Shown: one piece after another, positions 1 through 9,316 of the stretch
Position numbering within the stretch: the stretch's first letter is position 1
Layout of the letters: each line of letters begins with the position of its first letter
Assembly (NCBI GenBank): GCA_963803435.1
Contig: CAWDML010000009.1
Location: 448,001-512,000, forward strand
Direction: 5' to 3'
DNA length: 64,000 nucleotides
From: an uncultured delta proteobacterium
GTDB lineage: Bacteria > Myxococcota > Kuafuiibacteriia > Kuafuiibacteriales > Kuafuiibacteriaceae
The notes under the pieces: model-generated
Databases searched by the model: none
What the model was told of the DNA's origin: nothing
What the model saw: only the letters and a program-made list of their open reading frames with translations
Program-made: the position numbers and the translations under genes

Positions 1-1242
1 GGGGCGGCCGTCGACCAGGACGTCGCTGACGGAGAAGAGGTCGTCGCTGCCGCGCTCGATCTCGAGGCGCGTGATCCGGAGCTCCGCGTCGCCCACGCTG
101 TAGATCTGCACGTAGCCGATCGGCGAGCCGCACTCGGAGCGCGGCGGGACGCCCATCGGGTTCCGCAGGATGACGTGGCCGAAGTCGACCTGGGCCGGGA
201 AGACCGAGATCACCGGCTTCGAGGCCTGGCCGAAGAGCTCGATCGAGGCGCGGGCGAGCCCGGCGTCGTTGGTGTCGATGTTGAGGACCCCGCGATCGCC
301 GAGCTCGCTGAAGGGATCGTAGAGCACCACGATCGAGACCGAGCCCAGCGCGGGCACCGGGAGCGGATAGCCGCTGGTCTCCACCATGAACGACTCGCCG
401 GTGCCGATCTGCGCCTTGAGGATCTCCGCGTCCTCCGGGCACCGGTTGGAGACCTCCACCGAGGCCCGGGCGATCTGGCCGACCGGGGTGGTGTCGAAGA
501 GGAGCTGGTCCGTCGGGAAGACCGAGAGGCAGTCTTGGAGCGGCGGCTCGCCCTCGAGGGTCACCGCGACCTCGGTGCCCTCCGACTCCTTCACGCGCAG
601 CTCGCGGGTCGGAGTGCCGGGCATGCGGGATTGGGCGATGTGCTGGACGGAGAGCGTGGTCTCGGCGCCGGCGGCCAGCGTGAGCGGGAGCTCCGGAGGG
701 TCGACGATCGCGAAGAGCACGGGGTCGAGCTGGATGCTGGTGATGACGCAGTCGCGGGTCCCGAGCGCCGCGATCGTGACCTCCTTGATCTCGCCGACCG
801 TGAACACCTGGTGGGTGGGCGCCATGGACAGCCGGCAGCGCTCGCGCGCTTGTCCGCGCGCGGGATACTCGGCGGTCGGGAGATCCGGATCGTTGCTGGA
901 CAGGCGCAGCGTCGCGTCGAACGTGCCGGGCGCGGTGGGCTCGAAGCGCACGAAGATCTCGCCCTGCCCGCCGGCGATCACGCGCTCGGGGCTGCTGCTC
1001 ACGCGGAAGGGGGCGTCGACGGCCACGTCCTCGAGCAGGAGATCGAAGTCGCCGTGGTTCTCGACCCGCACGATCGCCGGGTCGACCTCGGTCTCGCCGA
1101 CCACCACCTCACCGAGCTCGAGCGCGGTGCCCGCCGAAGGGATCAGCACCATCTCGGGGCGAACGTTGGCGAGCTTGCCCTCGTCGGAGCAGGCCGCCCC
1201 GACGATCAGCCACAGGCAGACGAGCGACGCGCGCATCATCAT
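1..1242 (-). CDS. Lipoprotein with tandem Ig-like (choice-of-anchor D/ASH-like) domains; 3' end beyond the window start
   Basis: Not in the ORF track. Manual minus-strand translation from the ATG at 1242 (ATGA overlap with the upstream stop): MMMRASLVCLWLIVGAAC-SDEG lipobox, then repeated beta-rich units (VRFEPTAPG..LRLSSNDPD, LNIDTND, VDFGHV). Confidence 0.7.
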   Translation of the reverse strand, partial: MMMRASLVCLWLIVGAACSDEGKLANVRPEMVLIPSAGTALELGEVVVGETEVDPAIVRVENHGDFDLLLEDVAVDAPFRVSSSPERVIAGGQGEIFVRFEPTAPGTFDATLRLSSNDPDLPTAEYPARGQARERCRLSMAPTHQVFTVGEIKEVTIAALGTRDCVITSIQLDPVLFAIVDPPELPLTLAAGAETTLSVQHIAQSRMPGTPTRELRVKESEGTEVAVTLEGEPPLQDCLSVFPTDQLLFDTTPVGQIARASVEVSNRCPEDAEILKAQIGTGESFMVETSGYPLPVPALGSVSIVVLYDPFSELGDRGVLNIDTNDAGLARASIELFGQASKPVISVFPAQVDFGHVILRNPMGVPPRSECGSPIGYVQIYSVGDAELRITRLEIERGSDDLFSVSDVLVDGRP

Positions 1243-2333
1243 GGGTACACCAGCGCGCGCTTGACGATCGCGCGATAGGCCTCCGGCGCCTCCACCATCG
1301 GGAAGTGTCCGGTGTCGGGAAGAATGAAGTGCTGCGCCCCGGCGATCTGCGTGGCGTACGTCTCGGCCGCGTCGGCCGGGATCGGATCGCAGGGTCCGGA
1401 GATGATGGTCGTCGGTGCGCGGACCTGGGCGAGCTGCGGAGCCCAGTCGTAGCTCGAGTCCCGCAGGTCCCGATCGATGTAGATGAAGCCGGCGCGGAAG
1501 TCGGCGTACCGGAACGTCATCGTGTCGAAGAGCGCGCGGTTGTCCTCGCACAGGTAGTGGGGGCCCTCGATGTGCCACAGCTCGAGCGAGCAGGCCTGAA
1601 CGTCGCCGCGGCAGTCGGGCTCGCGCGTGATCTCGAGGAACCGCTCGCGGTCGGCGGTCGAGAGGCGTGCGGAGACCTCGGCGTGGAAGATCGCGTGCTG
1701 GAGGATGTCGGCGGGGTAGGGCGCGGTCAGGACCAGGCGGCTCACCCGATCCGGGTGCAGGCGCGCGTAGTGGGCCGCCACCGCCGCGCCGTAGCCGTGA
1801 CCCATGATGTCGACCTTCGAGGCGTCGGTACGCTCGCCGACGAATTCGACGACGTTGTCGACGTCCTCCAGGTGGGCGTCCAGGTTGATGGCCGCGTCGG
1901 TGCTGGAGAGCGTCCCGAAGCCGGAGCGTCCGGTGGCCCGCAGGTCGAAGAACACCAGCAGCCGATCCGGGTTCTCGACACCGCCCGGACCGAGCAGGAA
2001 CGCCATCGGCTCGACCAGGTACTCGTGCCCGATGCTCGGGCCGGTGTTGATGAACAGGAGCGGCGGCATGGTCGAGGTGAGCGTACCGCGCAGGCGGATG
2101 TAGATCCGAACGCCGCCGATCTCTTCGGGACCCTCGAGCAAGGTCGCCGGATCCGAGAAGCCCGCGTCGCTCGGGGCGCTGGGACCGCTGTCCCGGGGCT
2201 CGGCGGCGTCCTCGGGTTGCCCGGCGTCGCCCGGATCGACGGCGGCGTCCGCATCGGGGGAGGGTGCCGCGGTCTCGTGGTCACACGCCAGCGCGATGCC
2301 CGAGAGGAGGCCGATCGCGAGGAGGCTTCGCAC
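1239..2333 (-). CDS. Alpha/beta hydrolase lipoprotein (proline iminopeptidase-like)
   Basis: Lipobox ALAC, FDLRATGRS, elbow GHGYG (Gly at the usual Ser position), GPCD acid, C-terminal GHFPMVE. Confidence 0.8.
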   Translation of the reverse strand: MRSLLAIGLLSGIALACDHETAAPSPDADAAVDPGDAGQPEDAAEPRDSGPSAPSDAGFSDPATLLEGPEEIGGVRIYIRLRGTLTSTMPPLLFINTGPSIGHEYLVEPMAFLLGPGGVENPDRLLVFFDLRATGRSGFGTLSSTDAAINLDAHLEDVDNVVEFVGERTDASKVDIMGHGYGAAVAAHYARLHPDRVSRLVLTAPYPADILQHAIFHAEVSARLSTADRERFLEITREPDCRGDVQACSLELWHIEGPHYLCEDNRALFDTMTFRYADFRAGFIYIDRDLRDSSYDWAPQLAQVRAPTTIISGPCDPIPADAAETYATQIAGAQHFILPDTGHFPMVEAPEAYRAIVKRALVYP

Positions 2334-2440
2334 ACCTTGGCGCTAGCCAACGGGCGTTCACGAGTCAATCCTGGGGGCTTTCAGCCCTCCGCGATCGTTC
2401 CGATGCCGGCGCCCCGTCCTACGGGGGAGACTCGCGCGCG

Positions 2441-3700
2441 ATGACGCGCCTGCCCCTGATCGCGCTGCTCCTGGCCGGCTGCTCGGGCGAGGAGGTCTTC
2501 GAGACCCCCGAGCCGCCCCCGATCGGGTTTCAGCTCCACATGAAGCCGGTGACGATCGCCCCGGGCGACGACATCGAGTTCTGCACCTACTTCAACCTGG
2601 ACACGCCGGAGGCCCTGGCCGCCGAAGGGAAGCCGTTCCTGCTCCAGGACATGATCGTGAACGGAGTCGATCCTTCGGCCGACGAGATCGCGGTGAACCG
2701 GATCGATGTGCGCGGAGCGAAGGGGCTCCACCACATCCAGATCCTCGCGATCCAGAACGACCTGGAGGACGTGCCCGACAAACACATCTTCGAGTGCGCC
2801 GTCGACCTGTTCGGCGGCCCGCTGACCGGCGACGTCGACCCCCTGTTCTTCACCTCGCGCTCCGACCTCGAGATTGACTACCCGGCGGGTGCCGCCCGGG
2901 TGCTGGCACGCGTCCCCGACAAGGACGACCCGACCAAGACCCGCGGCACGCAGCTGCTCTACAACTTCCACTACCTGAACCCGACCACCGAGCCCATCCA
3001 GGCCGAGGTCGTGGTCAACCTGCACGTGGTGCCGCGCGAGACCGTGCAGCACCCGGTGCGGAGCGCATGGTGGAACTACGTCTACTTCGACGTGAAGCCC
3101 GACGTGACCTCGACGGCGACCGGCCACGGGTCGTTTCTGGTCGACGTCGACCTCCTGGGCATGACCTCGCACCAGCACGAGACCGGATCCCGCTTCACGT
3201 ACGCGATGGGCGGCGAGCAGGTCTACGAGAACAGGGACTGGAGCGAACCCACCTACCTCCAGTATCCGGAGCCGCGGTTCGTGCCGAAGGGCGAGCCCAT
3301 CGACTTCACTTGCGAGTGGAAGAACCACTTCGGAGCCAGCCGGTACTTCGGTCTCCAGGCAGACGACGAGATGTGCACTGCGATCATCGAGTACTACCCA
3401 CACGTCGAGGCCGAGGCCGAGGCGCTGCTCGAGATGCAACGCCAGCAGGAGATGATGGACATGGGTTCGAGCTTCGGAGGCTCTCCGGTCACGCTCGAGA
3501 GCTTCCTCGGCTTCCCGGACGAGCTGCTGGAGAAGATCGTGACCGACCCCGATCACGCGTTCGAGTACATCGACAAGAACATCATTTGCGGCATCGGGCT
3601 CAACTTCAAACAGATGGAGCGTCAGTATGGCCGATCGCCGGACTCGCTGATGTCGATCCAGGCGCTCGTCGATTTCCTGGAGCCGATCTGCCGCCTCTGA
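2441..3700 (+). CDS. Copper type II monooxygenase-like (PHM/DBH-like) lipoprotein
   Basis: Lipobox LLAGC after ATG 2441; copper-ligand motifs GLHH, FHYLN, SHQH and DEMC. Confidence 0.75.
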   Translation: MTRLPLIALLLAGCSGEEVFETPEPPPIGFQLHMKPVTIAPGDDIEFCTYFNLDTPEALAAEGKPFLLQDMIVNGVDPSADEIAVNRIDVRGAKGLHHIQILAIQNDLEDVPDKHIFECAVDLFGGPLTGDVDPLFFTSRSDLEIDYPAGAARVLARVPDKDDPTKTRGTQLLYNFHYLNPTTEPIQAEVVVNLHVVPRETVQHPVRSAWWNYVYFDVKPDVTSTATGHGSFLVDVDLLGMTSHQHETGSRFTYAMGGEQVYENRDWSEPTYLQYPEPRFVPKGEPIDFTCEWKNHFGASRYFGLQADDEMCTAIIEYYPHVEAEAEALLEMQRQQEMMDMGSSFGGSPVTLESFLGFPDELLEKIVTDPDHAFEYIDKNIICGIGLNFKQMERQYGRSPDSLMSIQALVDFLEPICRL

Positions 3701-3840
3701 GGCGCGCGCTCAGCGGAGCAACCTGGAGAGGTCGCCCGCGACGGTCTTCTTCTCATCGAGGGCGATGCGGGCGCGATGGACGAAGGGATAGAGCGCTTGG
3801 CTGATCAGCGCGAGCATCGTGGGCTCACCGTATCACCGAA

Positions 3841-5394
3841 TCACCAGCGCTTGCCGACCAGGAGCGTGAGGGCGACCGCCGGAACCGCGGCGAGCTCGGG
3901 CTGTCCATCCGCGGCCTCGCGCCGGAGCACGAAGAGAAGGCCCGACACCTCCACGCCGGCGAACGCGCCGTGGCTGAGCTCCGCCGTGAGCGCGACGCTG
4001 GCGCTCGCATGGCCTGCGGCCGTGAGGCGATCGGGCGCCCGCCCGGTGGTGACGAAGGCTTGGCGCAGGAACGCGGCCCCCGCCCCCAGACCCAGCTCGA
4101 GGCTGACGATCGGGAAGTCGAAGCTGTGGGTGACCCGCAGGCCCACCTCGATCTCCTGCGTGACGACCTCGAGGAACCCGTTGGAGAAGCCCGAGGCGCA
4201 CAGGCTGGCCGTCGGCAAGAGCGAGACGGCCTCGAGATCGATGGTGTAGCCGACCAGCGCGCCCTGGCAGATCTCCGCGCCGCGCCACAGCGGGGAGCGG
4301 CCGCGATAGCCGATGAACGGGCCGTGCGAGAGCGAGGTCTCGCCGCGTCCCTTTCGGACCAGGCGCGCGTACTCGATCCGATCCAGCTCGCGCTCCGCGA
4401 CGGTCACGCGCTGGCCCGCCTCGGCCACGATCGTCCCCTCGAGCAGATGATCGCGGGCGCGCGAGCGGACGAAGTATCGCCCCGGCTTCACGCTGAGCGT
4501 GCGTGCGCGGTCGAGTGCGCCGACCTCCGCGACTACGGAGCCGTCCGCGGATCCCTGCATCACCAGGAAAGCGTGGCCGGGCGGCAGCTCGACGGTGGCG
4601 CGACCTTCGCGACGCGTGACGTTGGTCAGGATCAGATCGGCGCGGCCGTGGATCTCGTAGCGAAACGTCGGATGCTGCGGGCCGACCAGCGAGCGGCTGC
4701 TCGCCCGCAGCGTGCTCTCGTAGGCGTAGGCGTACGCCTCGCCCAGGGAGATGCGCTCGTCGCGATCCGCGTCGGCCGCGCCGAGCAACCCCGAGACGAA
4801 GTAGCTGGTGAAGAACGAGCCGCGGAGCGCCTCGGACTCCTGGGCGTCCTCGTTCGCCGAGCTCGAGGTGAGAAAGACCGTTCCCTCCCCCGAGAGGCGC
4901 TCCTCGATGCGGATCGGAAACGGGGGCGCCGGAGCGCCGCCCTTCACCTGTGTCAGCGCGCCCGAGCGGCAGGCGTCGACCAGGAGGACGCGGTACTTGG
5001 CCGCCGAGCCGCGGACCAGCTGCTCCAGCTCGTCGAGCAGGATCTCGGAGCCGCCGAGGTGAAGGCCTTTGGCGTCGGCGTGGCCCGAGTAGTAGACGAA
5101 CAGCAGCGGCTCCACCGAGGGATCCTCGACGCGCGCGCGGATCCGATCGTTGAGCGAGACCAGCGTTCGGCGCATCAGGGACGCGTCCTTGCCGGTGATG
5201 AGGATCAGGTCTTGCGGCGGGAAGTCGCCCAGATCCTCGAGCACACCGGCCACCTTGCGCGCGTCCTCCTCCGCATACCGGAGGTCCTGCTCGTCGCCGG
5301 CGCCGTGATTGTTCCCGACGATCAGCGCGAAGCGCTCCACGTCGGCGTAGGCGGTGCCGGGGAGGAGCGCGGCGAGGAGCAGCCAGCGGATCAC
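3841..5394 (-). CDS. Secreted caspase-family (peptidase C14) protein with C-terminal beta-barrel-like region
   Basis: GTG start at 5394 with signal peptide; RFALIVGNN, YYSGH (His), VDACRSG (Cys), AQES..GSFFT, QHP motifs. Confidence 0.85.
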   Translation of the reverse strand: MIRWLLLAALLPGTAYADVERFALIVGNNHGAGDEQDLRYAEEDARKVAGVLEDLGDFPPQDLILITGKDASLMRRTLVSLNDRIRARVEDPSVEPLLFVYYSGHADAKGLHLGGSEILLDELEQLVRGSAAKYRVLLVDACRSGALTQVKGGAPAPPFPIRIEERLSGEGTVFLTSSSANEDAQESEALRGSFFTSYFVSGLLGAADADRDERISLGEAYAYAYESTLRASSRSLVGPQHPTFRYEIHGRADLILTNVTRREGRATVELPPGHAFLVMQGSADGSVVAEVGALDRARTLSVKPGRYFVRSRARDHLLEGTIVAEAGQRVTVAERELDRIEYARLVRKGRGETSLSHGPFIGYRGRSPLWRGAEICQGALVGYTIDLEAVSLLPTASLCASGFSNGFLEVVTQEIEVGLRVTHSFDFPIVSLELGLGAGAAFLRQAFVTTGRAPDRLTAAGHASASVALTAELSHGAFAGVEVSGLLFVLRREAADGQPELAAVPAVALTLLVGKRW

Positions 5395-5395
5395 G

Positions 5396-6091
5396 TCAGG
5401 GCGCCTTCTTCCACTCGAGCCGTGCCTCGCGGCACCCGTCGACGGCCGGCGGGCGGCCTGCATGCCGGAGCTCGACCTCGATCCCTCGCAGATCGATCGG
5501 AGCGGCGCAGAAGAGCGCGAAGATTCGCTCGGGTCCGAGCACGCCGTCCAGGCGCGTGCTGATCGGGAGCAGCATGTCGGCGCCGGCCGGCTCGGCGCGC
5601 GTGCGATCGCCGGCCGGATAGTAGCGGCTGACCGCGCCGGCGCCGTCGATGCTGAAGATGCCCAGATGGACAGGCTCGGCCGCGGTGTACGAGAACCGGA
5701 TCGCGTCGTGCGCCGCCACCGTCTCGCCGTCGGTCCCGCGCCGGACCTGGTCTCCGTGCTGGACGTAGAAGCCCAGCACCGGTCCGCCCTTGAGGCCGAG
5801 CCGGTCGGGCTCGCGGGGGGCGAAGAACAGCGCCGTGAGGCCGGCCGCCAGCGCCACGCCGACCGCGCCGGGCCAAGGCCATCGCGAAGCCCTCGCACCC
5901 GACTCCGCTCGCAGGGGCCCGGCTTCGCGGTCGAAGCGAGCCCGTGCGTCCACGAGGGTACGGTGGCGGGCGGCACAGCGCTCGCAGGCCGCCAGGTGCG
6001 GATCGCTCGCGCCCTCGCCGACCAGCCGATCGAGCGCGAGGTCGGAGAGGCAGCCCTCGGGCCGCGTGCGCTCAAACGGAGAGCCGGTCAT
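5396..6091 (-). CDS. Membrane anti-sigma-like protein (zinc-finger HxxxCxxC, TM helix, DUF4384-like domain)
   Basis: HLAACERC motif, one TM helix, GLKG motif, ERIFALFC; lies between the ECF sigma and the caspase gene. Confidence 0.7.
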   Translation of the reverse strand: MTGSPFERTRPEGCLSDLALDRLVGEGASDPHLAACERCAARHRTLVDARARFDREAGPLRAESGARASRWPWPGAVGVALAAGLTALFFAPREPDRLGLKGGPVLGFYVQHGDQVRRGTDGETVAAHDAIRFSYTAAEPVHLGIFSIDGAGAVSRYYPAGDRTRAEPAGADMLLPISTRLDGVLGPERIFALFCAAPIDLRGIEVELRHAGRPPAVDGCREARLEWKKAP

Positions 6092-6584
6092 CGCTCGCGC
6101 TCCTTTCCCGCTGGATGTGCTCGCGGAAGCGCGCCAGCAGATCGCCGACGTGACGGCGCGAGCAGCCCATCACCTCGGCGATCTCGGCGTGCGTCATCTG
6201 ATCGAAGTAGTAGTGCACCGCCACCTGGGCCAGCGCCTCCGGGAGCTTCGCGAGGATCTCCCGCGCCGCGGCCATCCCTTCCATGTCGGCGTCCGGGAGC
6301 GGTGGGGGCGCCGCCGCGTGGGCCTCGAGGAGGCGGAGGCGCGTCTTCTGGTCGCGGATCCGGTTGAGGCAGCTGTGGGTCGTCACGCTGTAGAGGAACG
6401 TGAGGATCGTGCTGCGCCCGCGGAACTGCTCGGGGCGATCGAGCAGGGAGGTGAAGATCTCCTGGACCACCTCGCGCGCCTCCTGGGCATCGCCGAGGAT
6501 CTTTCTGGCGCGCCGCTCCACCGAGTGCCCGTAGTCTCGATACGCCCGCTCGATGGCGGCCGGGTCGAGCCGTGGATCGCTCAG
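6072..6584 (-). CDS. ECF sigma-70 factor (start codon uncertain)
   Basis: C-terminal half of ORF 6072..7346: region 2 (AREVVQEIF..FRGRSTILTFLYSVTTHSCLN) and region 4 (MTHAEIAEVMGCSRRHV). Confidence 0.85.
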   Translation of the reverse strand: MSDPRLDPAAIERAYRDYGHSVERRARKILGDAQEAREVVQEIFTSLLDRPEQFRGRSTILTFLYSVTTHSCLNRIRDQKTRLRLLEAHAAAPPPLPDADMEGMAAAREILAKLPEALAQVAVHYYFDQMTHAEIAEVMGCSRRHVGDLLARFREHIQRERSASDDRLSV

Positions 6585-7346
6585 GGCCCACCTCCCGCGA
6601 TCCCGAAGGCCTCTTCGACCGCGTCGGGGAGCGCGAACACGGGCAGGCGGAGCAGGGCGAGATCGGGGGTCAGCCGGATCGGGACCTCGGTGCTCTCGCC
6701 GTTCTCGGGCGGCGACAGCGGCGCGATCATCGGCGCGCAGGCGCTCGAGGTCTGACCGGCCGCCTTGCAGTCGCGGATGGCCTCGAGGTCGGTGCCGCCC
6801 TTGCCGCTGGCCCGCATCAGGTGGAAGCCGCGCGGCGGCGCCCCGGCGAGGATCTCCTCGGCCCAGGATCCCGACGGCACCTCGCCTTCGACGTACACAT
6901 AGACGTAGTCCTCCGCCCACCCGAGCACGTCGCCCGGGTGCACGCCCTTGATGTCGGCGTGGGCGAGCACGTTCTTCCCCGGGGGCGTCGCGCCCGCGCG
7001 GAGCACGAGGATCCAGGCGAAGCCGAGCCGCGGCTCGCCGGTGCCGGCCGATGCGATCCTCCGGCAGCGTGTTGAGCGCGTCGGCCGGCGGCGGCAGGTG
7101 GAGCGTCATCGTGAAGCCCGAAGGGAAGGTTCCCTCCACCGGGACGCGCGTCCCCACGACGGTCCCGGGATCGCTCTTCCAGTTGATCCACGCCAGGATC
7201 ACCTCGGCCGGCGGCGGAGCGGCGGGGAAGTCGCTGGTGATCGTGCCGTGGAGCGCGCCGATCGCCTCGCCCTGGTAGTCCGTGGAGACCGCAGGATCGC
7301 AGGCAAGGAGCAGCACCAGCGGGGCCCCGATCCCTCGGTTCACCAC
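6581..7346 (-). CDS. Lipoprotein of unknown function, apparent frameshift near 7050-7070
   Basis: LLLAC lipobox and GTFPSGFTMTLHLPPP in one frame; coding-like continuation (LGWAEDYVYVYV..PRGFHL) in ORF 6581..7006. Confidence 0.6.
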
Positions 7347-8608
7347 GGGAGCCTACTCCCTCGGATCCGGGCGAGCATCCGCAGTCGATCCGAAGGCCGG
7401 CTCACGGCTGGGACGCGACGTTGTCGGCCATCTGCGCGGCACCAGCCCCTGGTCTCGGCGTCTTCGATCAGCTCCAGCGCTCTCCGGAGCCGGGGCTCGG
7501 TGAAGCGGCCGTAGGTGTCGACCGAGAGCTCCGCCTCGCCGCGGGCGGCGGCCTCCACGCGTGTCACGATCGCCCGCTCCTCGGCCGGCGTGAGGACCTC
7601 GATGCGGCCCACCAGCGTCCGCACCAGCTCGACCGGCGCGGGATCGATCGTGATCGGGAGGAGCTCGTCGGTCCAGGCGCGCGGCGCCAGATAGAGCACG
7701 CGCGTGCCGGGCGCGGTGAAGTAGCTCTGCTCCCAGGTGTCGACCATGGCGCGCGCCTCGTCGGGGAAGAGGCCGCCCTCGATCAGCGCCGCGGCCACCA
7801 GGTCCTTGGCGCGGGCGACGTAGGCATCGATCGGATCCAGCGCGCGGGGGATCGCCGCCTCGCGATCGCTGCGGGGCGCGAGGGCGCCGGCAGCCGTGAT
7901 CGCGCCGCCGCCGCCGGTCACCTCGAGGACGAAGGCCGCCGGGATCGCGTCGTCGGAGCCGTTGTGCAGCGTGACGCGATCGTCGCCGGAGGTGATCCGG
8001 AGCGGCCGCTCGAAGCGCGCCAGCCCGCGGTAGAAGATGAAGCGCTCGTCCTCGGTGGCGCCCCGATCGCGGGTGCGCACCCCGAGGGCGGCCACCCGCC
8101 GCGCCGGCGCCCAGATGCTGCCGGCCGGGACCTCGGGGGGCGCGAAGCCGGCGCCGTCGGGATCGACGAGATCCACGTCCCATCGCGCCTCGCCCTCGCC
8201 CATGCGCGACATCTCACCGATCGGGGGCGCGATCGCGGCCGCGTCCGGGTACCACTCGGAGATGATCCCCTGCGGGAAGCGGACGTCGACGGTGACACGC
8301 TCGGGACGGCCGCCGTAGAAGTAGAGCACCGGCGTCTCGAGCTTCTGGTTCACGGGCTCGGGGAGGTTGTCGATGCCCTTGACGCCGGGCGCGTTGGGCG
8401 CGCGGGCGTAGACGAAGGGCGGCAACAGATTCTCGGCGTGGTGGAGACCGTCCATCGACCGGCCGTCGGAGGATTGGAGCGAGGTGTAGGTCCCCCACTC
8501 GTGGACCACTCGCCCGTGGGTTGCACGAGCTGGCGCCGCGATGCGGTCCGTCGGTCCCACGCAGGCCGAGAGGGCGAGCGCGACGAGGGCGAGGCGGGGT
8601 GCATGCAT
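7340..8608 (-). CDS. Conserved hypothetical lipoprotein (HEWGT / ETPVLYFY family)
   Basis: LSAC lipobox; motifs VHEWGTYTS, ETPVLYFY, ERFIFYRG, GLFPDEARAMVDTW. The extreme C-terminus may be frameshifted. Confidence 0.7.
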   Translation of the reverse strand: MHAPRLALVALALSACVGPTDRIAAPARATHGRVVHEWGTYTSLQSSDGRSMDGLHHAENLLPPFVYARAPNAPGVKGIDNLPEPVNQKLETPVLYFYGGRPERVTVDVRFPQGIISEWYPDAAAIAPPIGEMSRMGEGEARWDVDLVDPDGAGFAPPEVPAGSIWAPARRVAALGVRTRDRGATEDERFIFYRGLARFERPLRITSGDDRVTLHNGSDDAIPAAFVLEVTGGGGAITAAGALAPRSDREAAIPRALDPIDAYVARAKDLVAAALIEGGLFPDEARAMVDTWEQSYFTAPGTRVLYLAPRAWTDELLPITIDPAPVELVRTLVGRIEVLTPAEERAIVTRVEAAARGEAELSVDTYGRFTEPRLRRALELIEDAETRGWCRADGRQRRVPAVSRPSDRLRMLARIRGSRLPW

Positions 8609-8694
8609 GCCGGGTGAGGACCGCGACCCTCCGGTTTTGGGCACGCGCCGCGCCGCGTCAGGGAAGGCCCGGGCGCGGGACGCGTACGAGAGGC

Positions 8695-9273
8695 GTGCAC
8701 CGTCTCCTCGCGCCGATCCTCGTCCTCTCCACCCTGGCCTGCGCCCCGCTGGTGTCCCAGCGGCGCCGGACGGAGAAGCCTGCAGCCCGGGTGGCCCAGG
8801 TCGCGCCGCCGAAGGCGCCGGCGCCCGCCCCGGTCGTGGTGGCCCGCGCCGAGCCCGTCGCGCCCCCGCCGCCCGCGCCCCCGCCCGTCGCCCCCCCGGC
8901 CGTCGAGCCCGCGCCGGCCAAGGCGTCCGCCGAACGGACCACCTTCTACGCCTTCTCTGACGTGGAGGTGGCCAAGCTCAAGAAGCACAACCGCACCTTC
9001 GCCAAGCTGGTGACCCAGCACCGGACCTGCACCACCAAGTCGGAGCGGATGATCGCGAAGCGGGAGCAGCTCCGTGATCAGATCATCGAGCTGCAGAACC
9101 GGGAGACGCGCACCGCCGCCGAGGAACGCCGGCTCACCTCCCTCCGCGCCGAGGAGCGGCGGATGAAACAGGACCGGCGCGCGCTCGCCACCTGCGAGCC
9201 CCTCGAGCGAAAGCTGACCGAGATGCTGCAGGCAGAGTACGGGACGACCGCGAGCTTGGATGACGTGTACTGA
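8695..9273 (+). CDS. Pro-rich coiled-coil lipoprotein, hypothetical
   Basis: GTG at 8695 after GAGAGG; TLAC lipobox, Pro/Ala linker, heptad-like charged C-terminus. Confidence 0.6.
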   Translation: MHRLLAPILVLSTLACAPLVSQRRRTEKPAARVAQVAPPKAPAPAPVVVARAEPVAPPPPAPPPVAPPAVEPAPAKASAERTTFYAFSDVEVAKLKKHNRTFAKLVTQHRTCTTKSERMIAKREQLRDQIIELQNRETRTAAEERRLTSLRAEERRMKQDRRALATCEPLERKLTEMLQAEYGTTASLDDVY

Positions 9274-9316
9274 CCCATTATGTGACCGCGACCGTGGAGG
9301 GGCGCGCGCGGAGGCC

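Noticed and set aside
6072-7346. Apparent lipoprotein-sigma factor fusion (424-aa ORF)
   Set aside because: The middle is Arg-rich off-frame sequence; it results from a frameshift in the upstream lipoprotein gene.
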